Translations under genes and position numbers: made by a program
Source of the DNA: Balanoglossus misakiensis
Lineage: Eukaryota > Animalia > Hemichordata
Direction of reading: 5' to 3'
NCBI GenBank assembly: GCA_040954595.2
Contig: CM082576.2
Coordinates: 6,203,129 to 6,267,128, forward strand
Length of the DNA stretch: 64,000 nucleotides
Notes under the pieces: model-generated
What the model saw: only the letters and a program-made list of their open reading frames with translations
Database searches by the model: none
What the model was told of the DNA's origin: nothing
Part shown: one piece after another, positions 1 through 13,580 of the stretch
Layout: every line of letters starts with the position of its first letter
Position numbering within the stretch: the first letter of the stretch is position 1

Positions 1-3000
1 ATCACTGTAACCAAGAACGGCCTCACAAAAAGCCATTACATCATGGACTAATCCCCAGGCCTGCATGAATTAAAAATCATCTAAATTATGCAGGAAAATG
101 GGACAGAAAAAAAAATAGAACACTTGTTCCGGAGGGTGATCAGTTGAAGTATTTTACTGGTAGTTTAATGTTTATAGAGAACTTTTTTTCTGTCAATACT
201 AAGGGGGGGGGGGGGGTAAAGAATGAAATCAGCATTTTTTTATCACACCCTTCAGGTGGGGAGTTCTAGAGTTTCATTCATTTTCTATAGGGGCAATGGT
301 CATATTCTTTGCACTTGCAAAGTTTTAAAACTGTCCATTTTCCTCTTAGCTCATTAAAGCAAATTCAAGATATCTCTTCTTAAAAACTGCCAATCATTCA
401 CGAAAACTTTGAACATTACAGTTCTGTGCTGCATCATGTCTGTATACCATCATTTTATGCATCAGACTGAAAGTACATATTATGTCAGCCAAAACCTATT
501 TTGAAATGGAGGTTTTGATAAAAATGAAATATTTATGTATTTATTGCTGCCTTATTGAAAAATATTCCAGCAAGCAGCTTCAGGAGGTCACAAATGTTAG
601 ATGAACATTTATTCTTTAAAGTCTCTGAGGAACAATTACTGTGCTGTTCCGCTATCGCCCAGCTTCATTGACTGCAGAAAAAGAGCAAAACTAGAGATGT
701 TTTGAAATAACATGAACAGAGGGTTGGGGGTTTTGGGCTGTGTTTTTTTCAATGATACAAAAGGTTGATGTAAAATAAAACGATAGAGAGCTAAAATGGG
801 TAAAAAGAGATAAACCTTGGGAAAAAGAGAAATAAAAGAAATGCAAGTCTTTCATTCAATGTGTGGACTCAAATATTTGTGGTAACAAATGAGAATGAGA
901 AAATCGAGAAATTGGGTAAATGAAACTGAACGAAACTTTGAATAATCGACATCAAAGCTGAGATTGAGAATGCTTATGTCAAATGGAGAGTGGGCATATA
1001 CCGGTAGCTATCCATCCTACCACATCAGATACTGTGTCTTGCCAGGGGTTAGTGTACTACCTCTCAGATATCCTAATGGCATTTTTGAGGGGCTTATGTT
1101 CTGTGCATCTGGGAATGACACTAAAGGCTAGCCAGAAGGTTAGTAGGAAACCCTTAATCACTTAACTTGATTTGACCAGAAAACACAAAAATACCATTCG
1201 GCTGCCACGCACATTACCGCAGCATTTCACGTTATAAATAGATTTAGATAATTGGCAAAAATGGCCATTATAGCCGAGTTGTGTATTTTTGTAACGAGAT
1301 TCAATCACTGTCAGAAGAATCACAAAAAAAACCTGCCTCCTCCGAGATTAGATGTGTCTTGAAGGTTGTAAATATGCAACAGTATTTCAGAAGTACAAGA
1401 AATTGCACTATAATGCCATGAGTACACTGATAATTTAAAGTCTCTATCTTTCCGCCAACAACCACTGATTCATGCCATTATCAGGCTTTTACCAAAGCTG
1501 TCAAGCTGAGAATTTCAAAAAAATTGATTGTTCAAAAGTGCCAAGTTACTGTTCAGTATCATTGAAACTCCACTTTGCATTTCATCCAATCAATATCAAT
1601 ATTTCAGTCAGTTAAATCTAGAATAGAGAAAAAAAATCAGTCATATCCGAGTTATGACTTTTTATTCCTGAAAAAAAGAATCATTATTTTCTCTGCAAAG
1701 CTTACATCAAACCGTACAGCCCAGGACCAAAACATAATCAAAGCGGTGAATGGAGTTGCTGTGAAAACACAATGCTCTATTACAGTTGTTTTTCACATCA
1801 CTGACTGAGCAGCAGATGTCCGCATCCGATTTGGAGAGTGTAATTTAATTATTCATATGGGAAGATGGCAATCCTTCTGCTGAAACAACATCAGCTACTT
1901 CAACAACTGTCTTTCCTAGTAATTGCAGCATAGATTGTCTTTTTTCATAAAACTGAAGTTCCTGGGATTTTATATTTGCCAGAATGTTGGGTGCAAGATG
2001 GTTCAATTTAGTGATTTCAGTCCAATTCAGTGATCATTTTGCTAAAATGCTGCAAGATTTCTGGTTGAAATTTCATGCATAGACAAGGCTTGGTGAACAT
2101 GTTTCAAAACCATTGCTTCAGATTTTCATAGTGTGCTTTTTGATTCACTATTGAAGACCAGAGGAAAGATTGCAGATTTCTCATAATGTTATACATTATG
2201 GCCAATTTACAGTCTGATATTTTGAAGACTACAAGACATATTGATATAATGCTATCAATAGAGATTCATTTCAAAATGCTTTTTATATTAATTTTTCAAG
2301 AAAAGAATGGAAACATAAATTGTCCAGGGAGAGTTGTCAATATTGTCATAGTATTACACATTTATATAGATGTTAAAAAAATGAATGCTTGTTTGACTTT
2401 AATACCATTCAGCATTACTTATATAACATTTGATTCTTTCAGAGAGCGGAGAATGAAAGACATTCAAGTTGAATTCAAATGTATACCTTTAGCCAGGCCA
2501 ATGGAAATATATTCCAGAATAAATATCACACACTGACACAATACGCTGCATCATTAATGTGTGTGCTTTAAATTTATTGCTCCATTGTGCATTCTCGGGG
2601 AACGGAATGCAATCTTTTCAGCCTGCTTTGAGAATTCCGCCGCAAGAATAAGTATATTTGTGGCTTTGTACTCGTCACAGGGATAAGAGCGGAGAGTTTT
2701 ATGGAATAGCTGTGCTAATCAGACTGCTTACACGCACACGTGTATAGTGCTTTTATAATCTGACGGCGACAACTCGAGCAAGCTCGCGCTGATGTTGTGT
2801 AAAATGGTTGCTGGGAACAGGAGAGGCTTTACAACTCGATAATAGCGTATACACGGATTACAGCGTGTTTTGCCGAGGCACTCTGGGAATTCCCAGCGCA
2901 TGCCTAAGTAACCTGTCTTAATTATGCGTAAAATAAGATCTGTGTTCACCATTAGCATGCTGCAAAATGTAAAAGCCATCAGGACTTTTGATGAAGAATT

Positions 3001-5688
3001 CAACCTTCCCTGGGAATAGAAATACCATTCAGCTTGCATTAAACCTGTCATTATGGCCATGTTGCAGCCATTATTTTAGATCAACGGTAACAGGGGGGAA
3101 AAGAAAACACTTGGCCTGGCCAACTGGATGTCAAAACATATATTGTGCAATTACAAGTAACGATTTGAATATTTTATAAGTTCAGGGGATTCAAATCAAG
3201 TTCACTGGGAGTTTTCTTTTTTGTGTTCTACATTTGATGTGCAGGGGTGTGGGCTAGAAGACTTTGTGGACCATACAAGGATCAGAAAATATACAAATGT
3301 AATATCATTTGTTTCTGAAAACTTGAGAGTGAAAAATTTATCACCCTCAGAAGAAAGGGATAATTGACGGTGATGAAAAAACATTTTCTTTCAACAACAC
3401 AGTAATGAACTTTTCCATCACCCCACCCTAATTAATGGCTCTCCCATTACAACACCCCTAGGCCCTCTGGAACTTCCTTTAATTATGCATCATGAACAAT
3501 TTACTGTTGTATGAAAATAGTGCCCACACGTTCTTTGTATTCATCAAATCCCCAGCTCTCATCTGGGCCATAAAATCTGCAATGATGTATCTCATATATT
3601 ATGATATTGCAGATTCTTCGATGTAGGCTACAAACTTGAAGTCATGAAAGTTTTATAGTAGAGCTTTATATATTGAACAGGAAGCAGCCATTACACTACC
3701 CTGAAAAAATTTGAAAAATGATATCGACTATAATTTCACTGCAATACACTTCTTCTAGCATGGTTTTCCCCTTAATAATCATATCAATTTTCTGTATTAT
3801 CAAAACAAAACTGTCAATAATCTGTCAAATTTTCATTGACATTGTTGACATCATAGTCTTCTGAATACCCAGCGCCTGTCCAAAAGTGCTAAAACAGAGA
3901 AATAGGACCATTAAAAAACACAGGAAATCATCATAACTTCCCTTTGTCAACGCCTTTTCTGAATGCAAACAGCTTATAAACAGGAAGAAAAATGATGGCA
4001 TTGAATTGTGGTCACTTTTCAGGAACACCGTGAAAGGAAAACGGACACGTCATTTTCTTTTCTGGGAAAATTCCGCCAGTAATGTCTAGCCCTTAATTAG
4101 AATTATTGGAAGATTTGCAGAAATTAATGAATGTGAATTGGTGTCCAGGATATTTGTTAATGGAGTAATTACAGGCGGGCTTTCAGTGTAATGGATTGAT
4201 CAACAGAAGCAAATGTTTGGCGTTGCAATTTCATTGGTATTCATAACCATGGTCTTTGGTTAGTTGCATTATGATAAAAGTACAAAGTAATCATTGTATA
4301 ATAGCCCCATGGTGTTTCAGCTTAGCTAGGCTTTTCTTTAGTCATCCATTACCGCTGGATTTTCACACGGATTATTAATATGACCACGGCCCAATATAAA
4401 CTACCAAATTCCTGTTGAGTTGCGTTCTGAATGGAGTGCTGATTTTGACACGACGAATTCCGTAAAACGGGTTTAAGGAAAGTCCGGTTGATAAAATATT
4501 TATAGATGTTCTCGTGTTTTTCTTGGAAAGCTATCATAAACTATCTATCTTCGCTCGATAACTGCATGTTGCGTTCATGATCAGAATTGGTTACAAGGCT
4601 AACATGCAGAGTAGATTGCGTGTGTTATGAATCTACAAAGCATTTTGATTGCTGAAGGGGCCATATCTTTGAAGACGCTCAGTGTATTTCTTGAAATGTA
4701 GTAACCAAGGAGCAATTTAAAAAACAGACAACAAAAAATCAGCCCCTTCTATCAGGCTGCTTTATTGACCAGATCAACAGCACAGCTCATCTTGCATTCA
4801 GACAGCATTGCCAATTACAACAACTATCACATACAGAACAGTAAAACAGTTCATGCAGTCAGTTATGGCTAAATGTAATACTCTTTCAGTAAGTGAATAA
4901 AAAGACTGAGTATTTTGGAGAAAGGTGTTCTCATCAGTAATGAAGAAATCTTTTTTAATTCACTTAATACTAGAAAAAATTGTTAATTAATTTTCTCTTA
5001 TCATATTATGAAAAAAATCTTTTGTGAAATTTCTGTCGTGAAGATTGAATACGAGTGAGAGAGTCAAAGTTCAAGATGAGCTATACATTTCACTGGTGCC
5101 TTGACTCAGACGATCGAGAAAGAATTTGAAAAGCACAATCATCGGACAATATCTCTGAGATTAAAACAGACAAGTGCAGTTTAATTGGACCTTTGAACGA
5201 TTCCTGTCTATAAGGAGCAGCTTGTTGGGCGACAGTTTCCAGTGCGGTAAAAGGATCCGTGAATCACGGGCATTGATACACAGAGCATGCCTCGCGCGGT
5301 TCCCTCAGATGGTTTTGCTTGTGACGTTCTCGCTGGTAAATAATAGATAGAAAGGTAGCCATGTAGAAACTTCAGAGAGATGCTGCAAGGTGGCAACAGA
5401 AATTCAATGACAAACTGAGCAATTACTTACATAAATAAAGGAGCACCAAACACCGGCAGCGATGATGATACAAAGAACAGTGGTCCATTAAATCAGGACG
5501 GAAAAAAGATATTAGCAGACATAAATTAGGAACTGAGATCGCTTTTCCCCCATTTTTGTTGGGAAGATTGCGCGTTTGATATATTGACAGTAAATTCTGT
5601 ATCCTTAATTAAAAGTTACGTTTTATTTGAGCAAAGCCAAAACTGCTCATCATTTTGCTTGAAGATAATATTATCAGGTTGTTGATTT

Positions 5689-5770
5689 TTAGCCTTCTGG
5701 AAAATTGCAACTGTCCCTTAGCCTTCTAGAAATTATCCTTTTCTTCCCCCTTTAGGCTGTGGAAATTTTC
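5689..5770. repeat. Three degenerate copies of TTAGCCTTCTGGAAAATT
   Basis: Units start at about 5689, 5718 and 5752. Confidence 0.55.
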
Positions 5771-8700
5771 TCTAAGATCTCACAGATCGAGGTGTTCCAA
5801 AACAATACTCCAGGTTTCTGAAAAATTAAGACTGGTTGTAACAATTTGAGGAAGTTTTATAGTACTTTGGTTTGTGATCAATTGCAATGAAGCAAATATT
5901 TGACTGTACATAAACCTCGCAAACTTGACATCGAACAAACACTTCAAACATGCCATTCAACGTCAATCTTGAGTGGTCGTATTTCTGAGAATAGGCAAAC
6001 AACAATGGAAACAGTTTCCCATCAACAAATGACTGCACCACTTTGCTTTTCATAAAACTGTCACTGAAGAATTTACTTGTGTTCCATCATGATCACGAAA
6101 GCCGATACCCTATCAGAAATCATCAAAATGCATCATCAGATCTAATCTGATTCACTGAAATGCAACAGTGGAGAGGTTAATTGAGCACATTTGAATGTAA
6201 AATATTGATGGTAACTTGATCAAGCTCTCGCAAGGTAGTGGCAACTTAAGATTTCCTGAGCTTGTAAACGAACACCGAAATCAAGTCGAACAGTAGTAAT
6301 CTGACATGTCAAGAGACTAATGTTATCTATACAGCGGAAATTCAAATGGTCAGGTTCAACTTGAGACCAAAATGAACTTTACCCGAGTTTTAAAATTTCC
6401 CTTGATGTTACAAATTGATAGAAATAGATTGGTTAGCAATCAGTTAGATATAATCCTACCATTGTCTGCATGAACACGGCAGTTCTGTTTTGATCATTTT
6501 TTTTCAGCATGTTAAAGGGAGTAGAACCAAAAATCACAGTTAATTGATGATACACTGAACAAAAATAATGAAAAGAAGTTATAGTTTAGCTTTAATATCA
6601 GCTATACAGTCTTGAATCTTGCTTTAGTTCTCTCTAGAAATTATGCACACAGTAACCATTTCACTCTTCCACACTGCAACAACTCAGCACAGTTAAGTTG
6701 TTGCTGATCATCAGCACCACAGCTTTGAATCAAATTACAGATCTCCATTTCAAAATGCCCCGAATCCACCATATTCCCAGCCCAATGAGAAACTGGATAT
6801 GATCAGAGCGAGAACTAACCGGCATTAAGCTCGATCGCTATAGGTGTGACTTTGCTAATGGCAGAATTTTTCAAAGGGTCATCATTTTGTGTCACCGGCT
6901 ATCAGGGAGTTTATAATATACAACAATACATGTACTTCCTTCCTGAAACACTATAATATTAACTTCTATTTTCATATCAGGTCAGTGGAAATTATCTCCA
7001 AATGTCAAAAAAAACCCAGAAATTGCACATGTAATTGTTTTTGCTTTTTTTTTTTCAATTGCTGCAAAAATTAATCTGTCTGGCAGCTGGTAATCAGAAA
7101 CATGATCTCTCAAATTGCTGTCAGTAGCTATATATAAATCCAGACTTAATTTCTTAGGCTGTACGTATCAGACTTGGCTGTCCCCTGACACCCAATGATT
7201 ACCAAAACGCTTTCTGTGATCTTTTAGAGTCCAATCTCGCAGGATTTGAAAAAAAGAAATTTGCAAGTCAGATTACTGCATCGACTGTGGCTGTGTGATT
7301 TTAGCTATCGTTCCCTTATGACCAGTCCTACGACTGTGGTGATTCGGGAGCAGTGAGACACTAAATTATTTTTCACACATCCTTTCTTTTGTTGATTTTT
7401 GCAGTTGGAAAATTTAGCTTACACCCTGCTGACCTAAGTAAACCAGTGCTTGAAATATTTGAACATGATGAACACACCAATACATGTTTACATGTGCATG
7501 CATAGGCAGAATCAAATACACACATAAAGTAACATTTATATTCATTCTTTGCCAAAGAACTTTACGGGTGATCGATTTTATAACTGTATCATCAAATTTC
7601 AGAGTTACTTTTGAAGTAAATCGGTACAGTGTGAAATATGGGATTATTTATAGGAAGTTTAATATAATTGCACAGCACTGTGCCATGGTGATCATATTTA
7701 ATATTAAGCTTCATGCAGTTCAGTGTGTGATGAAATTGGGCAAATTGAGCCCCACCTAAGGTTACATATAAGATCTGTATTTTTGTGAACTGTGGACACG
7801 TTGTTACAACCCTGTACATTGAGAACAAATCATACACTGCCTGTAAGCCAGAGACTGTGATTAAATCGATGTGATTATAAACCTTCATTCACATTGAGGA
7901 TACCTACACAGAAGGAGCCTAAACATGCAAGTGCATTATGGGTAATACGTTCTGGAGTCATAATATGTAGATTGCCAGGGAAATTGTTTTATGAACTTCT
8001 GAGTTGGTTCAGATTTTTTGTTCTCCAGAAGATCGACAGAGCTATCTACAATCTGAAGTCTGTCTATACAGTATACACTAAAGGTTGACGCATTAAAGTT
8101 ACACAGCAGATATTACTTCATCAAGCGATATGCATCACTAGTGTATGGCTCTTTGCCAGACAAGAGGAAAGTAGTCTGATGGCACATGATGGATTGAAAT
8201 GTTTAAGGTCACGCAAAATGACATGGATTGATCATATGCAACGCAAAATGTTGTGGAAAGAATTGCGAATACAGGGCTTGCTGACCTAAAAAAAGTGCTT
8301 AAAAAAACTATACCAGTATGATAAATGCAAAATGATTCTTTTCAGTGTAGGTCTTTCTCACAACTGCATGTTCACATCATATTCGTGATATTCTGGAAGC
8401 TTATCATCTTGCTCTGAGAAAATTGGGTCTAAAAATAGTACACGGCACATAAGATTATTTTGAGGCCATGCAAACCCAATTTTCATGGTAATGAGAAATC
8501 AAAAGTATCATACGTGCCAGGTAATTTCTTTTACAACTTGTGAAAAGATATTTACATGTGTCTTTTGTAACTACTGTGCTGATTCTGTTTGGTCTTAATC
8601 TTGGCAACCGCAACGCATATTTTGGCACCCAAGGTTTTTATGACTGAAGAGGCCCTCTATTCGTCACGAGTGAGGGCTTTATTTGGTAGTAAAATAGGCT

Positions 8701-11700
8701 TTAAAAATATTTTGCTACATAAAAAAGAGAGTGTAGCATTGAAATGTTATTGCCGTTTGGTTCAATTATTCAGAAATACAAGAGTCGTGTCCTGTCCCAG
8801 ATTGATAATATTGCGATAATATTGGGATTGAATCTCACGTCGATGTGTTGATGAATGGACCAGACAGGAACACAGTTCAGAAATGCATGCAGATAATTAC
8901 ACACGTTATTTAGACAACCAGATTAATGCATCACACATCGAGAACTTAAATGATGTGAGGGCGCTGTTATCCTTAGAGTTAAAAGTTGCATGAATAAGAA
9001 TTGTTGATAAATAAATTGTACAACTGCACAGCATTGGGTGGAGCTGTATCAGCATATGGCTCCACCCTATTACTCTGAGAAAACAGTCTGAGATGGTTTA
9101 CGGTTTTTACACTTGGAGAACAATGGCTCTCCAAATGTTAGATAAAAAGTTTATATCCCAGCAAGTGCCACCACCATCACAGTGTGACAAAAAAAAGACA
9201 GTATTGTGTTGGCAGTGACCTTGACAGTCTCTAGAATGAGCTAACTAATTTACTGTTTGTGATAATTAGCCAATTGCAATATCAGCTAGTGTGTCCCTGA
9301 CAGTGTATTTCGCGATAATGGCCTTGGTTAGTCCAGATTACGATCGACCCTGTCAGCCTAAGAATACAAATCTAAATCTCCCTGAATTAAAGTGCTAAGA
9401 ATACACTTACACGACGATTACATTGCAACCTCAGAATTTCACACCCAAACTAAGACTGCAGTATTAAAATGATAATTGTCAGCATCCTACACTCAAAGGG
9501 GGGGGGGGGGGGTGTGAACACATGAGGCAATACGTAGATGTCTTCAGCCGGAGGCCATCAAATCCACTGCCGGGTTTCCGGGAATATGGAAATACATATA
9601 TAAATGCCCCTGGCTTGCCAATCCACAGTGCCATTTGCAGTCACATGAAGTGTATATTAGTACTATGAATGATTGTCAGGGATCATCAATATAGCTGCCT
9701 GATGAAATCTATGAAAAATCAGAAAATGTCATACTACTGAAGTATTGACTTTAATTACCACAGCTGTATTTTAATAAAGTGGTAAAATATCATTAATAAC
9801 TCATTTAAATGGAAATTAATAAAGTATAAACCAACATTCAGTGACAGATTAAAAGGTTTACAAAAGTCTCGCAGAGTGGAAAATGGTTTGCCTAATAATA
9901 ATATTGTGACTGCTCCACAGCAGTTAGTGTTTGTGTTTTCATGACCAGCCAAGGTTGTCTTCCATATTTTATAAGAGCACTTGAAAAGGTGGGATTATTA
10001 AAACGATACGTCTCAAAGAGATTGTCACTGAGATAGTTTTCAATGTAAGATTGATTCCTCTGCTGTTTGTTTGCTTGTCAGTCCACTCATTCAAGGATGT
10101 TTTCTGTTGGATTATTTCAGTGTAATTGATTAGGAGCAATCATAACAATGAATTTTTGATGAAAGATAACATAGACCAGCCAAGGACATTGAATATGACG
10201 TGACAAAATAAATTTTCATCTTTAAGTGTCCATCCCTGTCAGGATATCAGACTGATTGCTCATAACAATTTGACCTTCAGTACGTATATAGTATATGATT
10301 TTCAATATACACAGATCAATGGAAAAATTGACCATTACAAAAGTAATCTTGGCCAGATCTACATGTACATGTACCTCTAAATCAGATATGAAAATTTTCA
10401 TTCTGTAGTAGGTGGCTCTATCTTACAAAAATTGAAATTGCAGTTCTAAAAATAATGGTAAAATTATTTTAACCGCTGACCATTTGAACAGCAATTTCTT
10501 GATCCATTAAACCAATTTCCAGTCCTCTCCTTGACCAGAATGAGTCATGCAGCCCAACTCATAATCAAATCAGTTATTTTTTAATATAAAACATTAATGG
10601 TGAAAAGCACATGCAATACTATTTTCCCCCATTACAAAGTAATGAGTTTTTTTTCGTGTCAATGCTGATTTTTATTTCCTCCTAGTTGATTCTTGCCTCA
10701 TTTGCATAATCCAAGGTTCCTAAGGAGTCGGACTGGTGTGCTATTGGAGTCGGTCACTAACAGGAAACCACAGATAAATCAGATGGGTGATTTTCCATGC
10801 AGTCATTAAGCAGATTCTAAAACCAGGCCCCTTTGAGTCATCAGGAATCCTGCAGCCTTGCTTGATAAAAATCAGTTTTAAGGGTAGCTGCATGCAGGCA
10901 TTATTTATAGCGTTGTCTTGCATGGATATCGATGGGAATCGAACACCATTAGTGTAATTCAGGTTTTAAAGGTCAGTGTATCCAACACGCAAATGCACTC
11001 TATTACTAAAAGCAATTATTAGCAGCCGGCCATGCAAAGAAACAACAAATTTTCGTGAAACTTTGATGATATTATGATTTGGTGTATACCTTATTGGGTG
11101 CTGATGTTATTGCGATTACATGTTTTAATACAAGTGTGCAATATTTCACGTCACCACCCAGACCTGACAGTTCCTGCGATGTTTAATGCCTTAAAAATCC
11201 ATCAAATTTCCTGAAACCTTTATTAACTTATTGCTTGTTGTCAGTTAAGTTATTGCGGGAGTCATTAAAAAGACCAACCCTTACCTGTCAAATTTGTTCT
11301 GAACATTTATCATGTCCGGATAAGCTTGTATGAGTTCATCCATTTAAACAGAATTTCTTCACGTGAAATTTGCTTGAGAATTTAAATGTAGCGCAACAGG
11401 TTGCTTAAAGATGACATGCCGTTTTTTGAATTTTCGGTGTGTTTTACATTGAATGTTCCAATTCCATACAATGATGGGTCCACAAAATGACCAAATGATC
11501 GAGCCAAGCATCGCCACACAATGAGGTGTTTATCACAGCTAGGCTTTACTCAGACATTTATTACCACTGCTATACCCTAGTAGATGTAAATGGTTGCATG
11601 TACACAACAGATTCACTTCAGTAAGCTGACCATGCCATCGTCGCAGCATGAGGTGAAAACGACATCTAAATGAAAAATGAGCATGCCAATTACAAGTCTG

Positions 11701-13580
11701 AAAGATGAACGCACAGAGATGACCAATGTCTGATAACCTTAAATAACCTTAAATCATATGTTATTGCCCAGTCTGTGCACTGGGCTTTAATTTTGTACAG
11801 ACTAAGATCTGTCTGTACAGGCTGTGGATTCAGCTACACTCAATAGAAATGTCTGCCCACAGAGGTAGACTCCTGCCACTCGATAGATGTGTCTGATGGT
11901 CTGATGCAAAAGTGAAAACTCTGCAGGCGCATGTGACACGTCTTCGTACTAGGAGCTTTACCCATATCACATGTATTTGTGTCTGATTCTGGGCCAGATT
12001 CTCATGCCTGTTCGTGAACCTATAAGCATCTCATGTGCATTCAAGTCTGCAGTTAGGAGCTACACAAGATATGTCTCGATCATTGTGTGAGTCTATAACA
12101 CTGCAGTCATGTACAATGTGTGAGGCGATCGGAAGTCCATGCATAGACACGTACGTCTGCTTTGCTGGCTTCAGCTCCACAGACACATTTGATTGATTGG
12201 TCTTTCACTCAATGTGCGCCAACCACAAAGATTAAACTCCGCCACAATTTAAACTGGCGAAGTAGCGTGCAAAACTATTACGGTTTTCACTCCGCAGCGA
12301 AAATAAAATTGCCAAGGGTAATTTGTTTGTGTACAAAGTTATTCAGCGTCAGACAAGACCAGTTTCCAGTTTAATCACAGATCCATGCCCCGGTAATGTA
12401 AGGTTAATTAGATTGAAGAGGCACACACAGATTCTTCAAAACGCTCTAATTTTCTCACAATTGAGCCGTATATTGCCTTAAATACTTTTCTCAACCAGGC
12501 AACTGAGTCATCTATTTTCTGCACATTCTTATAGACGCATCATCTACCTCACTTTGCCAAGGTGGAGCTGTCACGCAGCTTACCCGCCTGTCAAAGCAGT
12601 CTTCGTCGCGTCCCTAGTCAACTGTGCCCCTTTCTTCCCAGGTTGTAGTTACAATACAATTACATGGAAATTTACCGGCTCTGACAATCTGGCAGGCGGG
12701 CAGATTCGATTAGCACTGATACACCATAGCTTCTACTTTGGTGATACGCCTGTCATGTCGCCCTAACACCGCTACTTAATAACATTTGTTTTTTTACACA
12801 GAAATAAATACAGATAGTGAATTATTAGAGACGGGAAGTGAATTGGGGGATGCTCATTTCATTACCGTATCTTCGAGACATTTGGTACGCCATTGCCTGC
12901 GTATCAACGACCGAAGTGACTTTGAATTGAGTTACAAACCCAATATAAACATTCTGCCTGTCTGTTGCTGTAAGACATTCACAGATTTATTTTACGGATG
13001 TATATCTATAACATATCTAACTGTCAATTCATACTGAGATATCTCTGTTGCTTTTGGTTGCTTACTAATACTATAGGTTTTGTTATGCACAATTTAATAA
13101 TCACAAAAATGACCCAAACACAAAATGACAAATTACAAAAACCCATCAATTTTTTCTGTCTGACTATTGGTCACTCCTCCTCATGTAATCATCTTTATCA
13201 TCTTCCATTCCACATATCAAAAATATCCATTAAAGCCCGGCATGAGCTGCCAGTTGTAGCACATTTTAATGATAAAATACCTCAATCTTCTCTTTATCCT
13301 TAGCCAACAGATGATGTAATTCTGAATTTGTGGAGATTCTAATATGTATGTGGGCAAGCATACAACGATAGTTGTTTACTTGCATCTGGAGACTACTACA
13401 AAATGGGTGTGTCACTGTCACCCCATTTATTATTTAACTTGTTTACATTTTTTAGTCGTATCTGTGCCCACTGAAGATTTCTGTGACTACAGTGAAGCAG
13501 ATATAAAGGGAGGAGCAATTATTTTCAGTTTTTCATTTCACAAGGTTTTAACCAAGGACGTTTTATGTGCTTTTTTGCAG

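Noticed and set aside
5190-5333. Minus-strand acceptor plus Cys-containing ORF, considered as a nested GPA2/GPB5 ligand exon
   Set aside because: No cystine-knot spacing in any frame.
7271-7345. TACTGCATC (miR-217-like 5' end) in a wobble-rich stem
   Set aside because: The rest does not match miR-217 and the loop is too large for a pre-miRNA.
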